Virus record (IMG/VR): IMGVR_UViG_3300045988_080243
Coordinates: 1-51,082 of that record
Origin: a virus
Direction: 5' to 3' (one strand)
DNA: 51,082 nt
Positions 5,890-13,654 of the stretch are shown piece by piece. The first letter of the stretch is position 1. Each line of letters begins with the position of its first letter. The notes under the pieces were generated by a model. It did no database searches. It was not told where the DNA came from and saw only the letters and a program-made list of their open reading frames with translations. Made by a program: the position numbers and the translations under genes.

Positions 5890-5944
5890 TGTGAGTCAGT
5901 TCACGTACTAACAGCTTGACAACAACCCGACAACCAGATACTAT
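5890..5944 (+). promoter_or_regulatory. Promoter P5: box TGTGAgtcagtTCACG, TTGACA-N17-TACTAT
   Basis: Box 5890-5905, -35 at 5916-5921, -10 at 5939-5944. The 35 nt from 5887 through the -35 match the equivalent stretch of P3 at 27 of 35 positions. Confidence 0.6.
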
Positions 5945-5984
5945 TAAGTCATAGGCAAACACACAACAGAAAGTGAGAACACAA

Positions 5985-6164
5985 ATGCGAATCAACAAGG
6001 ACACCATGCAGGTTATCAAGGCCACCACGGCTGCCAAGATCACATTCAAGAAAATGGCTGTCGAATACCGGGACAACGCGGAAATGTTCGCCGCTATCGA
6101 CGCGGTAGTGAGCGCCCTGGATGGCCTGGCAGACGCGGCTATTGCATCTGAGATTGGAGACTGA
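5985..6164 (+). CDS. Hypothetical protein (59 aa)
   Basis: ATG at 5985 preceded by cagaaagtgagaacacaa. Confidence 0.55.
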   Translation: MRINKDTMQVIKATTAAKITFKKMAVEYRDNAEMFAAIDAVVSALDGLADAAIASEIGD

Positions 6165-6167
6165 GCA

Positions 6168-6368
6168 ATGGATATGGAAGTCTCGTTCGATAACCAAATG
6201 TTTATTGTCGCCGCCCTTGAAGCTCACATTAAGTCTCTTAAGGAAGAGTGTGAGCTTCTGAATGAGCCGTTGGTTACAAACACAATTAACCAACGCATTG
6301 AGGATATTACTCCAATTCTAGAGGCTATGAGTTGTGGTGAGTATGCCCTAGAATTGGTAGAAGCCTAG
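6168..6368 (+). CDS. Hypothetical protein (66 aa)
   Basis: ATG ORF 3 nt after the upstream stop. Confidence 0.55.
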   Translation: MDMEVSFDNQMFIVAALEAHIKSLKEECELLNEPLVTNTINQRIEDITPILEAMSCGEYALELVEA

Positions 6369-6379
6369 TCAACTAGGCA

Positions 6380-6428
6380 TCCCGGCCCTGTCGGTAGGTA
6401 AATGTGGGTTCGACTCCCACGCCGGGAA
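6380..6428 (+). ncRNA. Truncated tRNA-like element: 7-bp acceptor stem plus T-arm only
   Basis: TCCCGGC pairs perfectly with GCCGGGA. T-arm is GTGGG-TTCGACT-CCCAC, the same T-loop as the phage tRNA-Leu. Only 17 nt stand in for the D and anticodon arms, and there is no encoded CCA. Confidence 0.45.
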
Positions 6429-6474
6429 CTGCACTAACCAAGGCGGTTAGTCAAACACAGAAAGCGAACGCGAA

Positions 6475-6786
6475 ATGCAAGACACAACATACGCCATGGT
6501 CACCCGTTGGACCGAGTACCGTACGCCTAGTGGCCGTTGGTCTAGGGTGCGGTACAACGAAACGCAGGAAGATTTCAAGCCACACAACCTGTCGCACTTT
6601 TTCAGTCCCCACTTCCCGGGTGAGCGGCGACAGTACACCTACTTTGCTCAGGGCTACTTGCCTTACCGTGTGACCGTGCCGTCCCCGGATGGTACGCAGC
6701 GGAGCGTCTACACGTTCGACTACTACACCGGCCCCCGTGAGATTACCAAGTACGAGTACGAAAGCGAGAACAACGATGTTGCCTAA
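6475..6786 (+). CDS. Hypothetical protein (103 aa)
   Basis: ATG preceded by cagaaagcgaacgcgaa. Confidence 0.65.
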   Translation: MQDTTYAMVTRWTEYRTPSGRWSRVRYNETQEDFKPHNLSHFFSPHFPGERRQYTYFAQGYLPYRVTVPSPDGTQRSVYTFDYYTGPREITKYEYESENNDVA

Positions 6787-7243
6787 CGAATACGCCTACA
6801 AGGTCGCTAAGGCCCTCGTTTGTCCTGAGCTTACGGTAGAGTTTGCCACTGAGGTAATTAACGGGGAAGTCTTTGGTAGCACTATCTGGGACGATGTTTG
6901 CACTCTAACCGGCGGTTGGTGCAATGACGCAGTAGTGTTCCTTGCGTGGGACAAGATGGGCCGCCCAGACGAAAGGGAATACCTGGAACCTAACTATGAT
7001 AGTGAGCGGGACCCTGCCTGTCGCCGCGCAATGGCCGCTAACGCCCGCATCTCTGCTATGGCTGAGTGTGTGGCAGATGCACTGCGTTCTGTCGTTGCTG
7101 AGATTATCGTGAACGAGGGCTGGAAGTGTGTGTCACTTGAGGAATGGGACGGTGATATCGACAATGCTTCATGGTTGCTAGATGGTTGTGACGTATTAGG
7201 CGTTTACACCGAAAGTTGTCTAATCAAACCTAACGGAAAGTGA
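6776..7243 (+). CDS. Hypothetical protein (155 aa)
   Basis: ATG at 6776 preceded by cgaaagcgagaacaacg. The N-terminus MLPNEY resembles that of the next gene (MLPNWY). Confidence 0.6.
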   Translation: MLPNEYAYKVAKALVCPELTVEFATEVINGEVFGSTIWDDVCTLTGGWCNDAVVFLAWDKMGRPDEREYLEPNYDSERDPACRRAMAANARISAMAECVADALRSVVAEIIVNEGWKCVSLEEWDGDIDNASWLLDGCDVLGVYTESCLIKPNGK

Positions 7244-7251
7244 GAATTAGC

Positions 7252-7491
7252 ATGTTGCCTAATTGGTATGGAATTGAGGGTATTGGTTTCGAGTGGCGCG
7301 GTGCTTGGTCAGACCCGCTGTTGCACTACAAGGGGCGAACTTTCTACAACTATGATATTGAAGACGCGTTGTGGGAATATTATATGGAAGATGGTGGCGA
7401 CCCAGATAGTGACAGTGAGTGGGTAGCCTATGTGACTGCCAACGCTGTTGATTACCTTGATAACCTTATTTTTGAGATTTGGGGTGAGTAA
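7252..7491 (+). CDS. Hypothetical protein (79 aa)
   Basis: ATG at 7252 preceded by ggaaagtgagaattagc. Confidence 0.6.
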   Translation: MLPNWYGIEGIGFEWRGAWSDPLLHYKGRTFYNYDIEDALWEYYMEDGGDPDSDSEWVAYVTANAVDYLDNLIFEIWGE

Positions 7492-7495
7492 TAAC

Positions 7496-7876
7496 ATGTG
7501 GGAAGAATTGCTGAGTGTCATTACCGACCGTTACTGCCCGCTAGAGTCTATGCAGGAAAACGTGGCTGGTTACGTTGATCCTGATAAGGGCTGGGACCTA
7601 ACACGTGTTAACCCCTGGTTTACCGAACGCGGCTATGAGTTTGTAGGTTATCTCGATCTGTTCTCGGAAAATGAGCCTAGCGGTGTGTACGTCAATGTTG
7701 ACGGGTGTGTGTGGCACTGTCGCACTAACACCTATGACAACAGTATCTATTGGTACTGGGAGTCCGATAACGAGGGCGATACCCTTGACGAATTGCGTTT
7801 CCTACACGGCTACGCGCACATGTTCATTTGGGACAACGACACAAAGACATGTGAAGTAGTCAACATGGCAGAATGA
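7496..7876 (+). CDS. Hypothetical protein (126 aa)
   Basis: ATG at 7496, just after the upstream stop. Confidence 0.6.
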   Translation: MWEELLSVITDRYCPLESMQENVAGYVDPDKGWDLTRVNPWFTERGYEFVGYLDLFSENEPSGVYVNVDGCVWHCRTNTYDNSIYWYWESDNEGDTLDELRFLHGYAHMFIWDNDTKTCEVVNMAE

Positions 7877-7931
7877 CCAACAACCTGATAGACTAGAGAC
7901 AACAAACCAACCAAGCGAAAGCGAGAATGAC

Positions 7932-8243
7932 ATGATTAAGATCGACAACCTTGAAGTGCTCAAAGACTTTGACACTGCCGCCGCGTACCGTGCTCAGGAC
8001 CTTGGTTTGGAGCCGGGAGAATGGGACTTTGTCACTTGCAACGGTGGCCTCCAACTCTACGAGGACTACGAGGAATTGGCCGCCGATGCGATGGACGATA
8101 CCGAATCACCAATTGTACTACTCGGCAAGGAATACAAGCCCAGCGAAATTGCTAGGGAGGTAGATCCCGCTGGTTGGCAATCATTTGTCGAACTAGGTAT
8201 CGCGTTCGCCATTGCTAACAACCAGATTAGGAAGATCATTTAA
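7932..8243 (+). CDS. Hypothetical acidic protein (103 aa)
   Basis: ATG preceded by cgaaagcgagaatgac. Confidence 0.65.
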   Translation: MIKIDNLEVLKDFDTAAAYRAQDLGLEPGEWDFVTCNGGLQLYEDYEELAADAMDDTESPIVLLGKEYKPSEIAREVDPAGWQSFVELGIAFAIANNQIRKII

Positions 8244-8347
8244 TGTTCGCGGCCGCATACTACACCCTGTTCCTGTTGGCTATCCTTGCCCCTGTCGGCG
8301 CATATTGTTACCGCGTAAAACAGAGGGACAACAACAATGACAATTAA
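8243..8347 (+). CDS. Possible 34-aa membrane peptide
   Basis: TAATG overlap with the upstream stop. Product is MFAAAYYTLFLLAILAPVGAYCY followed by a charged tail. Confidence 0.35.
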   Translation: MFAAAYYTLFLLAILAPVGAYCYRVKQRDNNNDN

Positions 8348-8462
8348 CCTGGAAGAACTAATGAGTCTACCCGTAGCACCTAAGCCGCTACCTGTTGTTA
8401 TCCCAGCATGGGAGATAGGTGTAGATTACGGCTTAGTACACGGGCAAGATGACTACAACTGA
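8337..8462 (+). CDS. Possible 41-aa protein
   Basis: ATG with agaggga upstream; fills the gap to 8488. Confidence 0.3.
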   Translation: MTINLEELMSLPVAPKPLPVVIPAWEIGVDYGLVHGQDDYN

Positions 8463-8487
8463 CACCACAAAGAAAGTGAGAACAACT

Positions 8488-8823
8488 ATGAATACTGAAA
8501 ACCTCGTCAACAAGATCACCAAGCTTAACGCTGAGATTGCAGCCCTGACTGAAGCACGGGACGCGCTTAAAGCGGAACTGTGCACACAGTTCAACGCGGG
8601 GGACAAGCTCACCGTGGGAGACACTAAGGTCACGTTTGCAGTGCGGCGGACGATTAACGCGGCGGCGGTTGAAAAGCTTGCAGCGTTTAAGAAACTGCCA
8701 AAGGCCGTGCGTGAGAGTGTCTACGATAAGCCTAAGCTCAACACTCGTAAGCTTGCGGCGTTGGAGCTTATTGATCTGTCACCTGCAACTACTGTGTCGG
8801 ATGTTTACGCACTGTTCCGATGA
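8488..8823 (+). CDS. Hypothetical protein with a coiled-coil N-terminus (111 aa)
   Basis: ATG at 8488 preceded by agaaagtgagaacaact. Confidence 0.65.
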   Translation: MNTENLVNKITKLNAEIAALTEARDALKAELCTQFNAGDKLTVGDTKVTFAVRRTINAAAVEKLAAFKKLPKAVRESVYDKPKLNTRKLAALELIDLSPATTVSDVYALFR

Positions 8824-9047
8824 AGTGGAACCAGTACGGGACGGGCAACAGTGAATACACTGTCCAACAGGTTGAAGCTGTTGCCCGTTCCCTGGAAGAT
8901 AACGAGTTGGTGGAGTACTCCACCATGTGGCACGAGGCGGTACGCCAAATGCGGGCCGCCGAAATTATTCACCAAAACCTAGGCGTTGGAGCCGAAATTG
9001 AATTGCCTAACGGCCTGTCGATCTATATTGAAAGTGAGCGCAAATGA
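8820..9047 (+). CDS. Hypothetical protein (75 aa)
   Basis: ATGA start-stop overlap. Confidence 0.6.
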   Translation: MKWNQYGTGNSEYTVQQVEAVARSLEDNELVEYSTMWHEAVRQMRAAEIIHQNLGVGAEIELPNGLSIYIESERK

Positions 9048-9583
9048 GTATTAAAACCATCGCAGGACAGGATTACGAGGATGTGTGTGTCTTCCAGTCC
9101 GACAACGGCAACATCTACGTTGCCATGCGGGACACTGATACACCCGAACCTGTCGAACTAGTCGGGAATCCCGACATGTTCACCTATGGGTGTGTCGAAA
9201 GCGACAGTGAGTGCACACTTTTTAAGCGCATCATGCGGTTCTACGAGGTACACGACGTGGCCCTGTATGACCTGGATGTGACGGATATCTTTGAGGGCTA
9301 CTGCAAGTGCTTCAAGTTCCCAGGTTGGCAAGACTATGACTACCATAACGAGCGCGGCGTGCTGTTCATGGTGCATAAGTCGCTGGGTACCGCTAAGCAG
9401 TGGTTGAACTACTGTGACATGTGGGACGTGAAAGACGTGTGGCGCATCATTGACCAAGCCAAGGGCGTTACTGTCGGGGCCATCTACGCTGAAAGCGGTC
9501 GGGACGCAGTTCAACAGTATCTCGACAAGGGAGACAATGCGTCTCTCATCACCATTATTAACAATGCACTAGGGAGGTTCTAA
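9044..9583 (+). CDS. Hypothetical protein (179 aa)
   Basis: ATGA overlap; preceded by tgaaagtgagcgcaa. Confidence 0.7.
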   Translation: MSIKTIAGQDYEDVCVFQSDNGNIYVAMRDTDTPEPVELVGNPDMFTYGCVESDSECTLFKRIMRFYEVHDVALYDLDVTDIFEGYCKCFKFPGWQDYDYHNERGVLFMVHKSLGTAKQWLNYCDMWDVKDVWRIIDQAKGVTVGAIYAESGRDAVQQYLDKGDNASLITIINNALGRF

Positions 9584-9996
9584 TGTTTTCTGACTGGGTA
9601 GACGGCGACACATTCAACTTGCATGAGCTGAGCGATGACATTTTCAATGAGCAATTTAGCTGCAACAACATCGACGGCTATCAGCGTTCCAAGGACAGTG
9701 AGGTGGATGCAGAGAACGCTTGGGAGTATTGGGATGACAACAGTCTGCTATATGACTTTCTCGAAAACTTATTTGAGACTATCGGCTTTGTCGAATGGGA
9801 CGATAAGCCGAGCGACGGGCGTTTCATCTGGATTCAGGATTATGAGATGCTGGTTGTCAAGCCCGGCGATATTGAACTGCCTACGAATGTTACTGCGACA
9901 TTCGACAGGGACTCTCTGTATGAGTGCCAGTACGCACAGGGAGTTGTCCGGGACGGTGTGTTCTACTGCACTGTCGTTGCAAGGGAGCTTGACTAA
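9583..9996 (+). CDS. Hypothetical acidic protein (137 aa), paralog of 9996-10259
   Basis: TAATG overlap, SD gggagg. Confidence 0.7.
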   Translation: MFSDWVDGDTFNLHELSDDIFNEQFSCNNIDGYQRSKDSEVDAENAWEYWDDNSLLYDFLENLFETIGFVEWDDKPSDGRFIWIQDYEMLVVKPGDIELPTNVTATFDRDSLYECQYAQGVVRDGVFYCTVVARELD

Positions 9997-10160
9997 TGCA
10001 GATGCCCTGGACAACAGTTGAAGCGTTGACGAAAGATGGCAACGTTCCTTATGAGGGGCAGGACTCTGGGTTCATCTGGGAGGCAGAGAATGGGATCATT
10101 ATGTGCGATCCTAGGCTGGCTGTCGTTGACTTCCAGACTGAATACAAACTGACTGAGTAA
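9996..10160 (+). CDS. Hypothetical protein (54 aa) ending at an in-frame TAA; a conserved in-frame extension runs to 10259
   Basis: TAATG overlap. The 33 codons after the TAA encode YAEGIVNDGVFY, matching YAQGVVRDGVFY of the upstream paralog. Confidence 0.55.
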   Translation: MQMPWTTVEALTKDGNVPYEGQDSGFIWEAENGIIMCDPRLAVVDFQTEYKLTE

Positions 10161-10276
10161 GAAATTAAGGCACTGCCATATGCCGAGGGCATTGTTAATG
10201 ATGGTGTCTTTTACGTAGCATCCGCACTAATTAAGGGGAGCTACTACAATGCAGACTGAACTTAGGGGGTTACTAA

Positions 10277-11692
10277 ATGGCTTTCTCACCGCGCCACTAC
10301 CAGGACCGTGTACTGGAAGGCTTGGCAAACTCTAAGACGCCTTACACGGGCCTGATTGGCGCGGGCCTCGGCACAGGCAAGACGGCAATGAGCGTGTGGA
10401 ACGCGCTTAACGCTTTCGGTGAGCGTATCGGGGACCAGATTATCCTGATCGTTGCCCCTGTCCGTACCGAGTCCGGCTGGCGCTCACACTGGAAGACCCT
10501 CGCGGGTATCGACATGCGTACGCTTAGTGGTAAGAAAACCAAGGCCGCGCTTGCAGTGTGGGGCGATCTGAAAAACCGTACGCCCGGCGTGTACTTTATC
10601 ACCTGGGAGCTAATGCGGTCCCGCAACAAGGAAAAGCGCTGGGACGGACGTGCGAAAAAGTACGTCTTCAAGAGTATGTCTAAGCCATTCTACGGTGTTG
10701 AGTTTGGGATGGTTATTGCCGATGAATGGCATCGCGCGTGCAACCATGCCTCGCTCAACTTTGACGTTGCTCGACACATTAAGGCACAGTACCGTCTCGC
10801 ACTGTCGGCAACGCCCGCTGGGAACAAGCCCTGTAACATCTGGGCAGCATTGAAGTTCTTGTGGCCTAACCACTACGGTGGTTACTGGGACTTTTGTGAG
10901 AAGTTCTTTAAGGTGGAACTTAACCCCTGGTCGGCCTACGGGAAAGACTTTTCGGGGGAAAAGTACCCGGGCATGGTGCGCCGTGGCGCGCCGTCCTACC
11001 ACGAAGTTTCACAGGCCGAAGCCAACCCTGAGCTTCCTGGTGTCGTGATCCACCGTGTTGAGGTGGAACTGACTAGGCAGCAGCGCAAACTCTATAACGA
11101 GCTGGAACAGGAGGCTCTCACGTTCCTAGGTGACTACCCGCTGGCACTGTCGATCCCGATGGAACTCGACACCCGCTTGCGTCAGATGACACTGGGAGTA
11201 CCCTCATTTAATGAAGACATGACTGTCGATTACAGGGAAGACTGCAAGTCGTCCAAGCTCGACGCCATGATGGACATTATTGCTGACCTGCCTGAAGATG
11301 AACCTGTCGTTGTGTGGGTTCACTCTCAGAAGTTCATTAAGGCTGTCTTGTACCGGCTGAAGAAAGCTGGGATCAAGGCCCTTGAGATTAGTGGTAAGTC
11401 ACATGGTGACTTCCAGGCTATGATCAATGGGGATGCCCGTGTGCTTGTTATCCTGCATGAAGCCGGTGCGGAGGGTATTGACGGATTGCAGCGAGTGTGT
11501 CATACTGAGATATGGCTGAGCCAGTCTAACAGCCTTGTGATTAACGAACAGGCAACAGGCCGACTCAACCGACAGGGTCAGACTACGGCTGTTAACCGTT
11601 TCCTGATTCAGGCGACCGACACAGTAGATGACCGTGTTCTAGGACGCTTGCAGGAACGATTCGATAAGCTCAAGGCATCCGGCCTAATCTAA
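10277..11692 (+). CDS. SNF2/DEAD-like superfamily 2 helicase
   Basis: Walker A GAGLGTGKT, motif II ADEWH, a C-terminal helicase domain, and the QATGRLNRQGQ arginine-finger-like motif. Confidence 0.85.
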   Translation: MAFSPRHYQDRVLEGLANSKTPYTGLIGAGLGTGKTAMSVWNALNAFGERIGDQIILIVAPVRTESGWRSHWKTLAGIDMRTLSGKKTKAALAVWGDLKNRTPGVYFITWELMRSRNKEKRWDGRAKKYVFKSMSKPFYGVEFGMVIADEWHRACNHASLNFDVARHIKAQYRLALSATPAGNKPCNIWAALKFLWPNHYGGYWDFCEKFFKVELNPWSAYGKDFSGEKYPGMVRRGAPSYHEVSQAEANPELPGVVIHRVEVELTRQQRKLYNELEQEALTFLGDYPLALSIPMELDTRLRQMTLGVPSFNEDMTVDYREDCKSSKLDAMMDIIADLPEDEPVVVWVHSQKFIKAVLYRLKKAGIKALEISGKSHGDFQAMINGDARVLVILHEAGAEGIDGLQRVCHTEIWLSQSNSLVINEQATGRLNRQGQTTAVNRFLIQATDTVDDRVLGRLQERFDKLKASGLI

Positions 11693-11712
11693 AAAAACTG
11701 AAAGGAGACATC

Positions 11713-11919
11713 TTGTCTAGCAACACCACTGAATACAGTACTTCCTGGACCTACTTCATCTTCTGCATCCTGTTTATCGTGACGGGAGTTTGGTTCCCGT
11801 CGTGGTTCATGTGGATTGTCTGGGCTTTCGTTGGCTACATTGCAATGAAGGTTGTGCTGGTTGTTATTGCCCTTATCGCGGGAGTGATTATCGTACGTAA
11901 GATTAGGAACCTGGGGTGA
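11713..11919 (+). CDS. Small multi-pass membrane protein (68 aa)
   Basis: TTG start 6 nt after GAAAGGAG; three hydrophobic segments. Confidence 0.55.
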   Translation: MSSNTTEYSTSWTYFIFCILFIVTGVWFPSWFMWIVWAFVGYIAMKVVLVVIALIAGVIIVRKIRNLG

Positions 11920-12318
11920 ATGATGGAAATTGTAGAGTTCAATCATACAACAGCAGCAAACCTTATGAAGAAGCCTGTGGAGAACTATTGGCTCGAAGAT
12001 AAGGTTGCTTATATCAAGTTCACGGATGGCTCGACCGTGGGTATCCACCCGCTTTTCGATAGCTGGGACATGTTTGTGAATCTGACTGAGCGTGACAACC
12101 TGGATAGGGACAAGTCGGTAGATGATAACCAGACTGCATATGTGTTTAGTCGTAAGGATGGTGACAGCTCATACACATCCCGTATAGTATCTATTGAGTT
12201 CGACACCATCCGCTATTACATTCACTACAGCGTGAACAAGGTTGTACGGACATACATCCCGATCATTGAGTTTCACTATTACGAACCAGGAGAATCAGTT
12301 GGCAATTACAATTCGTGA
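11920..12318 (+). CDS. Hypothetical protein (132 aa)
   Basis: ATG directly after the upstream stop. Confidence 0.65.
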   Translation: MMEIVEFNHTTAANLMKKPVENYWLEDKVAYIKFTDGSTVGIHPLFDSWDMFVNLTERDNLDRDKSVDDNQTAYVFSRKDGDSSYTSRIVSIEFDTIRYYIHYSVNKVVRTYIPIIEFHYYEPGESVGNYNS

Positions 12319-12979
12319 TATCTACGCGCCTATTTTGGGCTATGGTTGGGAGAATCTTCCCATCCGTTACAACAAGCGACAGTACCTTGATATCGAAGAT
12401 GGCCTTGTCACCATGCCTAGTGGCGCGGTCATGGGCACTGGCATACTGCCTAACGGGCGGCTGGTTCTACTCAACGACAAGGGGTCAGTGTGTGCTCAGT
12501 GGTGGAGTGGCACAGACGAAATGGCTGTTGTCGATCCATTCGACAACAAGGTCTTCACTGTGCCACACACCGAGGATCTGAAGTGCAATGCACGCGAGAT
12601 GGTCTCAGCACATATCGACATCGAGAAGGCCCGGCCTATCGACCTGTCGATCATGTGGGTGGACCACATAGCGGGCGAGTGTGGTTTCTACGCTGAAGAC
12701 ATCAGTGTCGGTGAGAACCACTACACTGACCGGCTGAATGGCAGTATGCTGCTTGCACTCACCGAGGACGAGGACGGTAACTACGTCGTGGGACGTAACT
12801 CCATCTTGTGTCGTCTGCTGCGGTACGTCGATGGGGATAGGTTCTCGTTCACTGACTATCGGAAGAAGTCGGGGCCTAGTCTGCTCACCGACAGTGGTTC
12901 ACTGACGGATTACGCACGGAAGATTCTTGCGTGGGCACAGAGTCTCACGCCTGAGCAGCGGGAGATTCTGTCTCGATGA
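12299..12979 (+). CDS. Hypothetical protein (about 226 aa)
   Basis: The ORF is open from 12242. TTG at 12299 sits 6 nt after AGGAG, but the start is uncertain. Confidence 0.6.
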   Translation: MAITIRDIYAPILGYGWENLPIRYNKRQYLDIEDGLVTMPSGAVMGTGILPNGRLVLLNDKGSVCAQWWSGTDEMAVVDPFDNKVFTVPHTEDLKCNAREMVSAHIDIEKARPIDLSIMWVDHIAGECGFYAEDISVGENHYTDRLNGSMLLALTEDEDGNYVVGRNSILCRLLRYVDGDRFSFTDYRKKSGPSLLTDSGSLTDYARKILAWAQSLTPEQREILSR

Positions 12980-13404
12980 GAGAGTTCATCAAGGCCGCTC
13001 GTGACGAGGCTGCTAAGTCTCGGTGTGATCGTGCCCATGTTGGGTGTGTGATCGTTGACCGCGCGACCGGTCGTGTGGTGTCCCGTGCTTTCAATGAGAC
13101 ACCACACGGCTTGGAGCCGTGTGACACAGGTGGTCACCGAATGATTGATGGGCACTGTGTTAACACGGTTCACGCAGAACGTGGTGCTATTCGTAAGATG
13201 CAGTCACATGATAGTGAGTACACGCTGTACGTGACTCACTACCCGTGCCAGGGCTGCGCTCATCTCATTGCGTCATGCCCCGATATCGTTGAGGTTGTGT
13301 ACCTTGGCGACTATCGAAACTCCAATGAAGCCACCGCCCTATTGATGGGCCTGTCGAAAGGTGTTCACCACGCAGAAGAAGATTGTTCTTCAAGTCCCGC
13401 CTGA
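12976..13404 (+). CDS. dCMP (deoxycytidylate) deaminase
   Basis: Zinc-binding motifs HAERGA and PCQGCA with the spacing typical of the cytidine/dCMP deaminase family. Confidence 0.85.
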   Translation: MREFIKAARDEAAKSRCDRAHVGCVIVDRATGRVVSRAFNETPHGLEPCDTGGHRMIDGHCVNTVHAERGAIRKMQSHDSEYTLYVTHYPCQGCAHLIASCPDIVEVVYLGDYRNSNEATALLMGLSKGVHHAEEDCSSSPA

Positions 13405-13654
13405 GTATTTGTGGGATATCATTGACATCAACAAAGTGAAGAAGACCGGATGGGAGGTTAAGTCTGGCTCAGATAAGGTCACACGTAAGATTCCGACGGT
13501 ACCTATCTTTGGTACACGGGAAATGTGGAAGACAGTCAAGCCGGGAGACATTCTGGTTTTTGTCGAGTCATCGGTTGATGACCTGCACACATACGCATGG
13601 AACCTCCATGTGATGAGTGAGGCATTCTATAAGAAGTGGGAAGCTAATGAGTGA
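13361..13654 (+). CDS. Hypothetical protein, possibly ASCH/PUA-like (97 aa)
   Basis: GTG start overlapping the deaminase 3' end. The call rests on the KPGDILVFVE motif and the protein size. Weak. Confidence 0.4.
   Translation: MFTTQKKIVLQVPPEYLWDIIDINKVKKTGWEVKSGSDKVTRKIPTVPIFGTREMWKTVKPGDILVFVESSVDDLHTYAWNLHVMSEAFYKKWEANE

Noticed and set aside
3831-6428. The tRNA-like elements as attP cores for integration into a host tRNA gene.
   Set aside because: An attP core normally holds only the 3' part of the tRNA, whereas both elements contain both acceptor strands. No tyrosine or serine integrase, excisionase-integrase pair or repressor gene was recognisable anywhere in the genome.
12315-12581. 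ORFs 12315-12581 and 12490-12696 (plus strand, alternative frames).
   Set aside because: They are fully nested in the better-supported 12299-12979 ORF, in other frames, and give Arg/Trp/Cys-rich products.
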